DNA of 64,000 bases from Pseudomonadota bacterium (GCA_034439715.1 JAWXAY010000029.1:64001-128000); one strand, 5' to 3'; numbered from the stretch's first letter, positions 1 through 10,349 are shown. The notes: generated from the letters alone by a model not told the origin. Made by a program: numbers and translations.

Positions 1-39
1 TAGGGGATCAAAACTACCAGGGTATACAGCAAGACTCAC
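1..39 (-). CDS. coaD: Pantetheine-phosphate adenylyltransferase, 5' fragment (runs off window start)
   Basis: GTG at 39 reads (M)SLAVYPGSFDPL, the CoaD N-terminal motif; GGAG SD upstream; canonical rsmD-coaD order. Confidence 0.85.
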   Translation of the reverse strand, partial: MSLAVYPGSFDPL

Positions 40-41
40 AT

Positions 42-584
42 TTAACTCCGAAATACAGATAAGACCTTATCACCATAGTTTCGCTGTGTTTGTCCAATTA
101 AATTACCATATTTAGTCTCAATGCGCTCTTTTTTTGCAGTCTCTAATGCCACTACTGTGTCGATCTTGATGGCCTTGCTCTCACAGAGCGCTAACATCAC
201 ATCGTGCCCTATGGCCTTCGTGAATGGTGGGTCTATTAGAATGACCTCGAAAGGTTCTCCGCTATAGTCTTTTAGAAAAGCAAAGACATCCATTCCAAGA
301 ATTGTTACTTGGCCAGTGATCTCAAATAATTTTAAATTCTCGCGTATAATAGTAAGCGACTTTTTATGGATTTCGACAAAGGTTACCTGCTCTGCGCCGC
401 GAGATAGTGCTTCGATACCCAAATTACCGGTGCCCGAAAATAAATCTAACACTTTTGCCTCAGGTAAATCTGCGGCAATAATATTAAAAAGACTCTCTTT
501 GACTCGATCTGTTGTGGGCCGAATATGACTTGCCGAAAATGAGGATAGTCTTCGACCTTTAAATTTTCCGCTGATGATTCTCAT
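42..584 (-). CDS. rsmD: 16S rRNA (guanine966-N2) methyltransferase
   Basis: MRIISGKFKGRRL, IRPTTDRVKESLFN, LDLFSGTG, DPPF motifs. Confidence 0.95.
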   Translation of the reverse strand: MRIISGKFKGRRLSSFSASHIRPTTDRVKESLFNIIAADLPEAKVLDLFSGTGNLGIEALSRGAEQVTFVEIHKKSLTIIRENLKLFEITGQVTILGMDVFAFLKDYSGEPFEVILIDPPFTKAIGHDVMLALCESKAIKIDTVVALETAKKERIETKYGNLIGQTQRNYGDKVLSVFRS

Positions 585-931
585 ACAAGCTCTTTTGCCC
601 TCTTCACGACCGCGAATATATCATCAAATGGTTTTTCGATAAAGTCGTCAGCTCCAACCTGTTTAGCGGTCTCTTGGCTTTGCTCTCCCGTAAAGGCCGA
701 CATCATGACCACTTTGCCGGTTTTTCGATTGCCTAACTCGATAAGAACTTCTGGGCCTGTCAGCTTAGGCATAATAATATCTAAAAAGGTTAAGTCAGGT
801 GAAACTTTTAACCAAGCGTCTAGACCCTGTTGCCCATCCACGGCCAGAACGACCGTGTCGCCAAGGCTTTCCAAAACACGTTTTAGTGTGTATCGGACCA
901 AAGGTTCGTCATCGACAATGAGAACCTTCAT
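581..931 (-). CDS. Single-domain response regulator (receiver)
   Basis: VLIVDDE, LDIIMPKLTG, conserved KPF. Confidence 0.9.
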   Translation of the reverse strand: MKVLIVDDEPLVRYTLKRVLESLGDTVVLAVDGQQGLDAWLKVSPDLTFLDIIMPKLTGPEVLIELGNRKTGKVVMMSAFTGEQSQETAKQVGADDFIEKPFDDIFAVVKRAKELV

Positions 932-2958
932 TTTTCAAAACCGACAATGGGTAAAGTGATGGTGAAGGTAGTTCCTACATTGACTTGGCTCACCACTGAA
1001 ATTTTACCCCCATAGCGCTCTATAACATTTTTACTCATGCTCAGACCAATGCCTGTACCCTGTTCGGCACCTTTTGTAGTAAAGAAGGGTTCAAATATTT
1101 GATTCTGATCGGATTCGGCAATTCCATGCCCCGTATCCTGCACCGTCAACTGGGCCCAAGCTTTATCGTCGTGAAAACTTTTTGAAGTTGATATTGTTAG
1201 TTGGCCAGGCTGCCTCATGGCTTGACAAGCATTGAGCAAAAGATTGAATACAACTTGCTGCACAAGGTGACTTTCGACTTTAACGATTAAGTCTTCTTTG
1301 CAAAGCTCTACGAAATTGCGATGGTCACGCATACCTGACTGTAATAAAGGTAACGTCTTACTAACAATTTCGTTCAGAGAAAACTCTCCGACGTTACTAA
1401 TTTCAAATGGCTGAGAAAACTCTAAAAGGTTTTTGATAGTTTTTTGTGAGCGCTCTGCGGCATTTTCAATTTCTTTAAGGTCACTAGACAGTTGCGTTTT
1501 CTGGGCTAGCGTTTTCTGGGCTGTAGACGAAACATCGTGGATTAAAAACTGGGCCAAGGATCTTATTCCCGTTAAGGGGTTATTTAGTTCGTGGGCAATA
1601 TTAGCCGCAAGGGCTCCAACGGCAACCATTTTTTCGTTTTGCACCAGTCGCGAAAATAATTTTCGCTCAATGGTAACATCCACATAATGATTAATTACAT
1701 TCGTGATACCGCCACCGGGCGAAACCTCGATGGGGTAGGAATGAACTTCATAGATTTTATCTTTAGCCCTAATTCGACTCACACTTGAATTTCCTGAAGA
1801 CAGTGATTTTATCACCGGACAGCCAGGACAAATATCATCTCGGCTCGCCAAATTTTTATGACATTTTCCCGACACGCGGCTCTGGGTAAAAGATTTATTA
1901 TGTCGCACCAAATTGTAGTCAAAATCGATAATGGCGACGGGGTCTTGAATGCTATCAAAAGTCTGCTCCCACTGCTTCGAGGCAAATCGTGTCTGCTGCT
2001 CCAACAGGATGCGATCTAGTGACAGCATGATCGGCTGAATTCGTTGGAATAAAAAATCTAAAAATGTTGCCAAACTCGCGCCCGAGAATAAATACTCAAA
2101 ATAAATTACGGTTGGAATGCGTGTTTTACCGAGAGGGACCGCCACCACATTAGCAAAAGGCCTTGAAAAAATATTTGCCAAATAATGTTGATCCTCCTTA
2201 AAGCCCGCTCTCATTTCCTGAAGCTCAGGCCAAATATGAGAAGTTTCGACCTCGATAAGATCTTTACCCCTAAATGTTACCAAACGCTTGACCCCGGCAG
2301 GAGTGGTGTAAGCGAGCACGGGAGGACTGACACCATGAATTTTTCTGACCTCAACCCCAATAACTCCCAACCAATCATCGATGATATTTGCCAATGAAAG
2401 ATTCTTAATAAAACCTAAGAGTCCGCGCATAATTTTTGACTGCTGTGCGTCTTGTTCGCGCGAGCTTTCGACGCTGCGAGTTCGCTCTTCGACAAGAAAT
2501 TCTAGGTTGTGCGTAAGCTCTTCGAGTTTTTTATTTTGCAAACTGATTTCTTGTAGAATTTTAGTTTGCGACTTTGTTTTGCGACTGTGATTGGCCGCAC
2601 CCAAAACTAATTCCTTAAAGACATTCGACTCTAAGCCAGTATCGACAACTCGGTAAATACCTACTTCGTTAACCAGGCTAACTAATTCGCCCTCATTGGT
2701 AGCGCTTGAAAATATTACGCGGGCGGCTGAGGGCATATGACGTTTGGCAAAAAGCAAAAAGTCTGAACTGTCTTTGAACTTAAAAGACTTATCAACCACA
2801 ACTACTTCGACTTCTTGGTTTTTTAAAAAGAGCTGGCCAGACTCAAAGTTTGACTCAGTACGAAGATCGACATCAACGCCAGCTAAAGATTGCCTTAACT
2901 GTTCAATCCCTTTGTCATTTTGACTGATCCACAGCACCTTCGCCGGAGAACTGTTCAC
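928..2958 (-). CDS. Sensor histidine kinase (degenerate N-terminal receiver, PAS, HisKA, HATPase)
   Basis: IAHELNNPL H-box, NLLLNA, DTGHGI, FEPFFTTK, GTGIGL. Confidence 0.9.
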   Translation of the reverse strand: MNSSPAKVLWISQNDKGIEQLRQSLAGVDVDLRTESNFESGQLFLKNQEVEVVVVDKSFKFKDSSDFLLFAKRHMPSAARVIFSSATNEGELVSLVNEVGIYRVVDTGLESNVFKELVLGAANHSRKTKSQTKILQEISLQNKKLEELTHNLEFLVEERTRSVESSREQDAQQSKIMRGLLGFIKNLSLANIIDDWLGVIGVEVRKIHGVSPPVLAYTTPAGVKRLVTFRGKDLIEVETSHIWPELQEMRAGFKEDQHYLANIFSRPFANVVAVPLGKTRIPTVIYFEYLFSGASLATFLDFLFQRIQPIMLSLDRILLEQQTRFASKQWEQTFDSIQDPVAIIDFDYNLVRHNKSFTQSRVSGKCHKNLASRDDICPGCPVIKSLSSGNSSVSRIRAKDKIYEVHSYPIEVSPGGGITNVINHYVDVTIERKLFSRLVQNEKMVAVGALAANIAHELNNPLTGIRSLAQFLIHDVSSTAQKTLAQKTQLSSDLKEIENAAERSQKTIKNLLEFSQPFEISNVGEFSLNEIVSKTLPLLQSGMRDHRNFVELCKEDLIVKVESHLVQQVVFNLLLNACQAMRQPGQLTISTSKSFHDDKAWAQLTVQDTGHGIAESDQNQIFEPFFTTKGAEQGTGIGLSMSKNVIERYGGKISVVSQVNVGTTFTITLPIVGFEK

Positions 2959-3559
2959 GGTTGTTTAACTCCAGTTTTTGAAGATTATCTTTTGCCCAAG
3001 CTAGCCAAGTGTCAAATAAATTATGTAGTTCGTATTCTACCAGGTCGGCAACCAGCACGTAATCTTTTCTTTCGTAGGCCTTCATGATTTCACGAATCAA
3101 AGTCGCAAAGTGCTCCTCAACAAACACACTCTCGGAAATATCTTTAGAGGAGCGCTTAAGTTCAATAAGTGAGTTGATGTAGTAGCGACAAGAGTCTAAC
3201 ATTGTGATAAAACTTTTTTGGCCTTTTTCGAGATCGCCCGATTGAAAATATTTTGCAGTTTCAAGTAGAACACTTTTAATGTTAGGAATCCACAGCACGT
3301 AGTTTTTTAGCAAACCCAAAACGAGTTCATCAAGTGTACCATAGACAATTTCAAGTTCATTAATGTCTTCCCGGTTTGTGCTCGCGAACTTGATCTCATC
3401 GTCTTCGCCAATACCCATACCATTCACATTGATACGGCAAACATATTCCCCAGATGGACGCCCACTTTTTTCTACGTCTTCAATTATTTCTTTGAGATTG
3501 TTACACTGCTCAAACCGGCTTTCGATCTCATTTTTTTCAAATCTGACGGTTTTCATCAA
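2915..3559 (-). CDS. Hypothetical helical protein of the flagellar glycosylation-associated operon
   Basis: Long ORF overlapping both neighbours; KDYVLVADLVEYEL motif resembles proteins seen in flagellar glycosylation loci. Confidence 0.65.
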   Translation of the reverse strand: MMKTVRFEKNEIESRFEQCNNLKEIIEDVEKSGRPSGEYVCRINVNGMGIGEDDEIKFASTNREDINELEIVYGTLDELVLGLLKNYVLWIPNIKSVLLETAKYFQSGDLEKGQKSFITMLDSCRYYINSLIELKRSSKDISESVFVEEHFATLIREIMKAYERKDYVLVADLVEYELHNLFDTWLAWAKDNLQKLELNNREQFSGEGAVDQSK

Positions 3560-5003
3560 ATACCCCTTCCTTGGAATTTTTTACTGGACCCAGATATAAT
3601 GATAATACATGATCGAGACCCTGACAAATCTTAAGCGTTTTCTGAGCTAGGTCCCCTACCTTTCCCGGTATTATTCGAATTTTCTCAGTCTCATACCACC
3701 GAATTAACGGAGAAAGTTCAGGACAAAGGTTTTTAATGCGCGCGATTAAGTCTTCGCTGCGATCAATTATCGCCGCATGCAGTTGGCTTTCTTTACTCTT
3801 TATAATCATCTCGATCTGCTCACCAATGACTGATAGGACTTCTCTGAGTTGGATCATACCCATTAACATTCGCTCACTTGGGGCGCTGGGCAATTCCCCA
3901 CCCATGTAAACAGCCTGGATCAATTGCCAAGGTAAAGAAAAACCTTTCGAATTAAGTTGAAGGAAGGAGGGAACATCAAATACACTTTCGGCTTCGCAAC
4001 AAAACGCCTTTTCTCCATGAATCATGTTTAGGCTCTCTAATACAACGTCAGTCGGACTAATTTCGTGCATTGATTTAGCGTAAAGTATGCGACTGCCTCT
4101 TGAACGTGGACCTGTTTCCCAAAAGTTAACTGCCGCTGAACTTAAATTAAGGCATTTGGTATCCACCAAATTGGCTACGTTCATAAGGGCACTGTCGGCA
4201 GCAACTATTAGCCGCGCCTGTTTTACAAGATCGAACAAGTCCGAAAAGCTTGTGCGACCAACCAAATTAATCAGGCGCGATGAACTAGAAACCGTTTCAA
4301 TTTTTTCAGCAATGGACAATTCCCCTTTTGTACCTATAAGCCCAATATTCAAATCACTGGAATTTAGAAACCCCTTGATAACCTCGATCCACTGCTGACT
4401 CTGAAACGTCTTATTTTTTTGGCTTGCACCAATGTGAATGAGAATTGAATTCAGAGGTAAATTAAATCTGTTTTTAGGAGGCACCTGACAGCTAAAATCT
4501 TCAGGCATGAGATTTATTCCTGCCACTTGCGCAAACATATCACAAATGTGGACACGGTTGTTTCTGCCAAGTCCTACTTGAGCATAAAAATAAGCACTGG
4601 CATCATCGGGAATATTCAGAAAACCATCAGAATGCCGCGTGTAGCCTGAGGTAAGCTTAGCTTCAGGATCCAAAATACTACACAAAAAACTCGACAGAGG
4701 GGAAAAACTTAAATTTATAATTCTGTCAAACCTATAGGATTTTAAATCTCTCGTCAGCTCGTTAACATATTTCGTCGAGTCCTCGATTTTAATAGGAAAG
4801 GCCAGTAAAGGATTTAGTACTTCTTTAGCATTAAACCGCCAGACCGCGGTGGCATCTTCAAGCGCGGTTGCTGCATCCTGAAATGTCGATCGTACGAGTA
4901 CGTGAATCTCGGCATTCGGAAAGTTCCGGCGCAGTGCTTTTACGGGCGGCACAGTCTGTAGAATATCACCGAAGCGTGCGAGTTGCGTTACCAGTATTTT
5001 CAT
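3537..5003 (-). CDS. Glycosyltransferase family 9 (heptosyltransferase-like) with C-terminal extension
   Basis: ILVTQLARFGDILQT, HIGAS..K, NLVGRTS, ADSALM; GT9 motifs. Confidence 0.85.
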   Translation of the reverse strand: MKILVTQLARFGDILQTVPPVKALRRNFPNAEIHVLVRSTFQDAATALEDATAVWRFNAKEVLNPLLAFPIKIEDSTKYVNELTRDLKSYRFDRIINLSFSPLSSFLCSILDPEAKLTSGYTRHSDGFLNIPDDASAYFYAQVGLGRNNRVHICDMFAQVAGINLMPEDFSCQVPPKNRFNLPLNSILIHIGASQKNKTFQSQQWIEVIKGFLNSSDLNIGLIGTKGELSIAEKIETVSSSSRLINLVGRTSFSDLFDLVKQARLIVAADSALMNVANLVDTKCLNLSSAAVNFWETGPRSRGSRILYAKSMHEISPTDVVLESLNMIHGEKAFCCEAESVFDVPSFLQLNSKGFSLPWQLIQAVYMGGELPSAPSERMLMGMIQLREVLSVIGEQIEMIIKSKESQLHAAIIDRSEDLIARIKNLCPELSPLIRWYETEKIRIIPGKVGDLAQKTLKICQGLDHVLSLYLGPVKNSKEGVFDENRQI

Positions 5004-5178
5004 AGTTGATTTGTTCCTTCGCGAGTTCTTTTATAATGCCTAAAATTCTTAGTTCGTCACCAAAACTACCTTGTAAGGCTTTTTCGGCAAATATCTTTTC
5101 TAGCTGGCGGCTAAGATCGCGCCAGTCATTAGCGCCTTCACGAGGGTCTACAGCCACTTTGGGATCTGATGTTTTCAA
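4966..5178 (-). CDS. Putative small (~70 aa) protein bridging the two GT9 genes
   Basis: AGAGGA SD 7 nt before TTG at 5178; fills the gap and overlaps both GT9 genes. Confidence 0.4.
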   Translation of the reverse strand: MKTSDPKVAVDPREGANDWRDLSRQLEKIFAEKALQGSFGDELRILGIIKELAKEQINYENTGNATRTLR

Positions 5179-6334
5179 GATTTGTTCCTCTCTCACCAAT
5201 TTTTACGGCCCGCCACAAATGCCCGGGCGTAAATATCGTCTTGTACATTTCAAATTTCGCTTTAGCGTTTTTAAATATTTCATTTTTTGTCAGCCACAGA
5301 GCGACGATTTCTCCCACTAAGTTGGCTCGAATATCCATAGCGCAATAGTGCTGATCGCGCGAACAGGGCAACCGGTGATGACAGGGGGCACAAGCCTGGC
5401 GAGAAGTAACTATCACACAGTCAGCTAAATACGCACCCGTAAAATTAAAATCACTACTACCGATCGCAACTTCAAGAATTTTAACACGAGCTGCTGTCGC
5501 CAGGTGCTTTATGGCAGTATCACCCGTTATCATCAAACGAGATCGCTTGATGATGCTAAAGGCACATTCGAGATCACAAATGGCGAGCCGCACAGGTATT
5601 CCCATTCTGAGCATTTCCTCATGAGCAGACTTTAGTTCGTCCTCCTCAAATCTTGAGCCCAACCACACAAATTTTTGATTCTGGACTTTGTCTGCAAGCT
5701 CAATTGTCAGTTCCGCAAAGTTATTTACGCCCCAATTTTTTTTGGGGTCGCTTGTCAAAGGTTGAATTACTATGAATCCCGTATCATTTCCAAGAATTTG
5801 TTGTGCGGCGTAGTCGCCTCGATCTGTTGATTTTAGTTTAAGCTGAGACTCGTAAGAGCGATCGTCAACTGCCTGGCCCAACAAATCTGCGTAATGCATG
5901 CCAACTTTTTTTGGCTCCAGATTCAGTTTTTTAAACCAGTCGTTGGTGAGCTCGAGTTTGCCATCAAGATCTGATACCATTCCCCACTTGTCTTTTGCCC
6001 GCAAAAGAGAAATCAAAAATGCCGAAAGAAAGTTTTGCGTGAGATTAACTACTAAATCAAATTTCTCTTCGTTAATTTTTTCGGCGAGGCTGCCGATTCG
6101 GTAATAGGCCTCCAAATAAGAGGACGAATAACAACCTAAACTGTTTTGAATTTCGATGCGATCGAAACCCCAAACTCTATCTACATCAACTAACATGGGT
6201 TCTAAAATTTTATTCTGACTATTTATAAGTAGATGAACTTCGGACTTCGGAAATTTTTTCTTGAGACGCCCAATGGCGGCGGTCGCCATAACCACGTCGC
6301 CCAGTCGCAAAAGGCTCACCACCATAATCTTCAT
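5138..6334 (-). CDS. Glycosyltransferase family 9 (heptosyltransferase-like)
   Basis: VVSLLRLGDVVM, QPLTSDPKKNW, ITGDTAIKHLA, CAPC..C motifs. Confidence 0.85.
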   Translation of the reverse strand: MKIMVVSLLRLGDVVMATAAIGRLKKKFPKSEVHLLINSQNKILEPMLVDVDRVWGFDRIEIQNSLGCYSSSYLEAYYRIGSLAEKINEEKFDLVVNLTQNFLSAFLISLLRAKDKWGMVSDLDGKLELTNDWFKKLNLEPKKVGMHYADLLGQAVDDRSYESQLKLKSTDRGDYAAQQILGNDTGFIVIQPLTSDPKKNWGVNNFAELTIELADKVQNQKFVWLGSRFEEDELKSAHEEMLRMGIPVRLAICDLECAFSIIKRSRLMITGDTAIKHLATAARVKILEVAIGSSDFNFTGAYLADCVIVTSRQACAPCHHRLPCSRDQHYCAMDIRANLVGEIVALWLTKNEIFKNAKAKFEMYKTIFTPGHLWRAVKIGERGTNLENIRSQSGCRPS

Positions 6335-6966
6335 CGCACAAGCTCCCTACAAATGCGCGTCATGGCACCAAAGTTTCCAAGCTTCAGTTGATCGACCGCC
6401 ATTACTCGAGCCACATCTTTAATTGAAAGTGGTCCGTCAAGAGCGCCAAGGGATTTTTCAAGTTTAACGGCGTGAGCGCTCAACTCGGGGTTTATCTTCA
6501 TGAGAAACCTTAAGCTCGCCGGGGTTCGCCCCAATATAATCATCTCAAGATTTGAAAGCGCCGTTCTCTCGACTTGAAAGCTCGCCGGATGCCTAAGTAC
6601 AGAATAGAGTTCGCTTAACCTCGTCCGTAATTCTGGCGACGCCATAATAGCGTCTTGATTCATCACATTGAGAATCTTGACTCTCTTGCCCTGCGTGGGG
6701 CCCTCGAGCTTAACCCATTTGATGACGTTTAAATCGGGCTCAAGAACAATTATTTTATTGAGTGGAAATTTCAACGATGCCCAATGGGTGTGGTAACCGC
6801 AACCCAAACCTAAAACAATAGTAACGTCAAATTTTTCGAAGGCTAAAGAATTTTTGCTAACCCAGGCCTCGGCCTCGCGTAGCGGGTTGTTTGCGGAGGC
6901 CAGCCTAATTCCATTCTTCAAAAAAATGGCCGCGCCTGTCGAGGCATGCAGTGTTTCTAAATTCAT
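6331..6966 (-). CDS. Stand-alone Maf (motility-associated factor) N-terminal-like protein
   Basis: LASANNPLREAEAW, VLGLGCGYH, IIVLEPD resemble the Maf N-terminus; only 211 aa. Confidence 0.6.
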   Translation of the reverse strand: MNLETLHASTGAAIFLKNGIRLASANNPLREAEAWVSKNSLAFEKFDVTIVLGLGCGYHTHWASLKFPLNKIIVLEPDLNVIKWVKLEGPTQGKRVKILNVMNQDAIMASPELRTRLSELYSVLRHPASFQVERTALSNLEMIILGRTPASLRFLMKINPELSAHAVKLEKSLGALDGPLSIKDVARVMAVDQLKLGNFGAMTRICRELVR

Positions 6967-6969
6967 CTT

Positions 6970-7836
6970 TTAAACCTTAGTAAGCTCTAGTTCAATTAAG
7001 TTGAAAACCTGTTGGGCTTCGCGATTGGTGCTTTGATTTTTTAGTAAGGGTAGAATAGTTTCTCGCGCCTGTAGGTAATCTCCCTGGCAGTAAAGTATTT
7101 TACTCAATGCCAAACGCATTTCCGTGGAATCATTGACATTAGCTAAATAGTTTTTTAAAAAATTTGCGGAACTCCCGAGTCGACCGTCAGATACTCCCCA
7201 CTCAATCGAAAGAGCAAGTGCTGTTTCATTGCCTGGATTTTCATCCAATGCCCTATGAAGATCGGCCCAACTTAACTCGTGATCGTTAAACTCGCGATGG
7301 ACCAGCGCTAATCCTACCCAGGCTTTGTCATTTTTAGAATTAATTTCAATCGCTTGGCGAAATCTTTCTACCGCTTTGGCCAAATTCTTTCTTTGAATTT
7401 CAAGAATTCCATAATTCACAAAAAGGATATCGGATTTACTATCAATAGTGTGAGCCTTATTAAAATTCTCCTCTGCACCATCAAAATCAGAAGTCGTCAG
7501 CGCGATATTGCCGAGATTTTTATAAGTATCGAATAAAATCTCTAAATTATAGTGATAGGTCGTTAGTATTTGCTGATAGATTTCTGTGGCGGCCTTATAA
7601 TTACCTTTTGTAAAATTATCTCTAGCCTGAGCGTTTAGCGCTTCTATAGACAGAGAATTTTTTTGAGACTCTATTGTAAACTCTTGGTCAAACTCGCTGA
7701 GCATGCGATTGAGATCTGACTTTACTCCCGGTCTTGGACGCTGCGCTTTTGGTTCTTCGAATGTGTTCTTAACGTCGTCGATTAATAAAAATTCAATTTC
7801 AGGATCATTATTTTCTATCGACTCAAGTCCAGTCAT
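6970..7836 (-). CDS. TPR-repeat protein
   Basis: Repeated TPR helices (YKNLGNI, AWVGLAL); start moved to ATG 7836 because TTG 7857 lies at the predicted sigma54 TSS. Confidence 0.85.
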   Translation of the reverse strand: MTGLESIENNDPEIEFLLIDDVKNTFEEPKAQRPRPGVKSDLNRMLSEFDQEFTIESQKNSLSIEALNAQARDNFTKGNYKAATEIYQQILTTYHYNLEILFDTYKNLGNIALTTSDFDGAEENFNKAHTIDSKSDILFVNYGILEIQRKNLAKAVERFRQAIEINSKNDKAWVGLALVHREFNDHELSWADLHRALDENPGNETALALSIEWGVSDGRLGSSANFLKNYLANVNDSTEMRLALSKILYCQGDYLQARETILPLLKNQSTNREAQQVFNLIELELTKV

Positions 7837-7868
7837 GACACACCCCTTTTGCTTCAATACAAGTATTG

Positions 7869-7885
7869 AGCAATGAATATGCCAG
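7869..7885 (-). promoter_or_regulatory. Sigma54 (-24/-12) promoter of the TPR-Maf-GT9 operon
   Basis: CTGGCATATTCATTGCT = GG-N10-GC. Confidence 0.75.
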
Positions 7886-7979
7886 CTGTTCAGCTGTGGT
7901 TAGATTTGTAAAGAGCTTTTAATCGCCAATTTTTTGACGAATTTAAACGCTGCGCTGTCAAATTAGGCACGGACTTACT

Positions 7980-8405
7980 TTAAACCTTTTCGTTAAGTTT
8001 ACTTTTACCTTCAACGCCAGGCTTTTCGTAGGTCTCCATGAGTTTACGAGATGTCTGGACGGCTTTAAGCTCAGCTATGATTCCCGACTTTTCTTTTTCG
8101 ATACAAGTAATGATACACAAATCTTGGTCGACGATTTTTTTGACCAGCAAATCCTTTCGATCCAACAGATTTGTCACCTTAATTTTGTTCTCTTTGCTGG
8201 CCGTACCGTCTATGGTGCGACAGAAGTGTTCTATTTGTTCGTCAAGACGACTCATCAGTTTCAGCAAATTCTCTCGACAGTCGTAAAACGACTCTAGATT
8301 ACCAAAGTCGCGGGCCTCTATATTCAATAGTTCGGCCTCATTGATAGTCGTAAATTTTTCTAGAAACATATTTTTTCTCTCTAATAAATCTAAAATCATT
8401 TCCAT
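7980..8405 (-). CDS. FliT/FlgN-like flagellar chaperone (putative)
   Basis: Helical 141-aa ORF directly after fliS, in the fliT position. Confidence 0.55.
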   Translation of the reverse strand: MEMILDLLERKNMFLEKFTTINEAELLNIEARDFGNLESFYDCRENLLKLMSRLDEQIEHFCRTIDGTASKENKIKVTNLLDRKDLLVKKIVDQDLCIITCIEKEKSGIIAELKAVQTSRKLMETYEKPGVEGKSKLNEKV

Positions 8406-8414
8406 ATGACCTTC

Positions 8415-8819
8415 CTATGCTTTCTGTTGTGATTGTTTGGCTTCGTCTTTTTTGAGCTTTTCTATGGCGCCCGTCCAGCCCTCATGCAATGTCTCTAATA
8501 TCTTGATCGCATTTCGAAGTGGGCCTGGATCTCCACTGATATTAGATTTTGTTAACTGATCTAATATGAACATGTAAAGTTGTTCCAGATTTTTGGCTAT
8601 GTCGCCACCCACTGAATGATCGAGCGTATTAGCAAGCTCCATGACGATGTCATAAGTCTTGCCAATATTGAGTCCCCGTTCTGCGATCTGCTTTTGTTCA
8701 CAAGCAACCGCTGCTTTCTTTGCGAACTTGATGGCGCCCTCATACATCATGAGAAGCAGTTTTTCACGACTCGCGCTCGTGACTGCGGTCGCCTTATATT
8801 TTTGATATGGATTCGACAT
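8415..8819 (-). CDS. fliS: Flagellin export chaperone FliS
   Basis: TSASREKLLLMMYEGAI, GGDIAKNLEQLY, EGW. Confidence 0.95.
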   Translation of the reverse strand: MSNPYQKYKATAVTSASREKLLLMMYEGAIKFAKKAAVACEQKQIAERGLNIGKTYDIVMELANTLDHSVGGDIAKNLEQLYMFILDQLTKSNISGDPGPLRNAIKILETLHEGWTGAIEKLKKDEAKQSQQKA

Positions 8820-8837
8820 AGCTCCCTATTCCTCCCA

Positions 8838-10229
8838 CTATCCGCTCATCCCGCCCAAGCTGGCTCCGCCGATGAGGCTTCCGCCACCAAGAGCGCCTAA
8901 TGAGGCTCCCTGAGACTTAAGTTTAGACATTGTTTCTTCTAACCTCGAAAATTGCTTTTTAAGTGCTTCTTCTTTTTTTTCTAGTTGTTTTTCTTTTCTA
9001 GCTATTTGATCCTCAGCCGCACTAATGTTGTGCTGAAGTCCTTTTTTTCTGTTAGCGATAGGGCCAAAAGATGCATTAAGGATCGCACCCAGTTCTCTCT
9101 TCACCATTTGAATAAATCCCGTGCTGTATCCATCGCCCGAAAAAAATGCCTGTACTGCTGCCGAATTCCTCGCAAGGGAGTTCCGAAATTTGTCTTTGTC
9201 AAAATCAAGGGTGCCCGCTCTTGTGAAAACAATACCTAGCTGATTAAGTCTTTTAATATCGCCTTTTGTTCCCAGTACCGGGTCTTGAACAATTCGATGC
9301 ATACGGGATTCAACACTTCTTAAAATGCTATCTCCCCCCAAAGTCTTGCTAGTGTCTGTCGTTTTATCCATTTTATTCTGTGTCTGAACAAAGCCCATCA
9401 CTTCATTCATGGCTTTCACAAACCCTTCGACTTTGCCGCTTACCGCCTCTTGATTTTCTTTCACTCCTACGCTCACGTTCTTTCCGGGATCGGCGCCTTT
9501 TATTTCTAGTGTAACTCCTGGAATAATATCTTCGACCTTGGTATCTGAGATCTCCATTTCGAACCCATCGATTTTGATAACTCCATTTTTGGCTTGCTTT
9601 GAGTCTTCAAAGAAAAAATCCTGATCGCCATCGAGAAAGTAAAGCTTGGGATATTCGATCTGATTGTCTTCACCCACGTGATTCGATGCCAACACCAACT
9701 TGTAGGGGTAGTCTTTGTCTTTTCTATCATTTATGATAGTTGCCTTTATGCCGACGCCCGCTTGATTAATTTTTGCAGCGACACCTTGTAGAGTATTGTT
9801 GGTGCCATCAATATAGACTTCCTTATCGCCGTCAGCAGTTACAAACGACAGGTATCCGACCCCAACTTCTGATTGATCCTTATCCGGAAAGCCATTGGTG
9901 ATCGCCGATGCCTTTTGTGGCATTTCGACAACTTCTATATTCCAGTTTCCTACAGACGTTTTTGTAGGATCAACGATGCCAGTGACAACAGCTGGATTGC
10001 TGCTATTGAGTTCGTAGTCGGTGAATCCCCGGGTTCCTGCCAACTCGCCAAGCGTACCTGTGATACCGCCAACCTTAGCTTCAAGATCTTGAATCAATTT
10101 TAATTTTATTTCTGTTTTACCTTTTTTTAGTTCGAGGTTTTGAATGGGCATGCGTTCAGCTTCCATGATTTTTTCAATCAAGTTTGGCGGTAATCCCGTG
10201 TTAATACCCTGGAAGCTAATATTTGCCAA
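8838..10229 (-). CDS. fliD: Flagellar filament cap protein
   Basis: ISFQGINTGL N-terminus, QFSRLEETMSKLKSQ C-terminus; flaG-fliD-fliS order. Confidence 0.93.
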   Translation of the reverse strand: MANISFQGINTGLPPNLIEKIMEAERMPIQNLELKKGKTEIKLKLIQDLEAKVGGITGTLGELAGTRGFTDYELNSSNPAVVTGIVDPTKTSVGNWNIEVVEMPQKASAITNGFPDKDQSEVGVGYLSFVTADGDKEVYIDGTNNTLQGVAAKINQAGVGIKATIINDRKDKDYPYKLVLASNHVGEDNQIEYPKLYFLDGDQDFFFEDSKQAKNGVIKIDGFEMEISDTKVEDIIPGVTLEIKGADPGKNVSVGVKENQEAVSGKVEGFVKAMNEVMGFVQTQNKMDKTTDTSKTLGGDSILRSVESRMHRIVQDPVLGTKGDIKRLNQLGIVFTRAGTLDFDKDKFRNSLARNSAAVQAFFSGDGYSTGFIQMVKRELGAILNASFGPIANRKKGLQHNISAAEDQIARKEKQLEKKEEALKKQFSRLEETMSKLKSQGASLGALGGGSLIGGASLGGMSG

Positions 10230-10349
10230 AGTTCCTCCATGAACCCACTATGAATATCTTCGCAGAGAAAAAACTAAATCTGTGAGTCAATAAAATGATA
10301 ATAGTGCTTTTGCCTAGGGTTAGAATTTTGACAGAATGGTGACCAAAGG

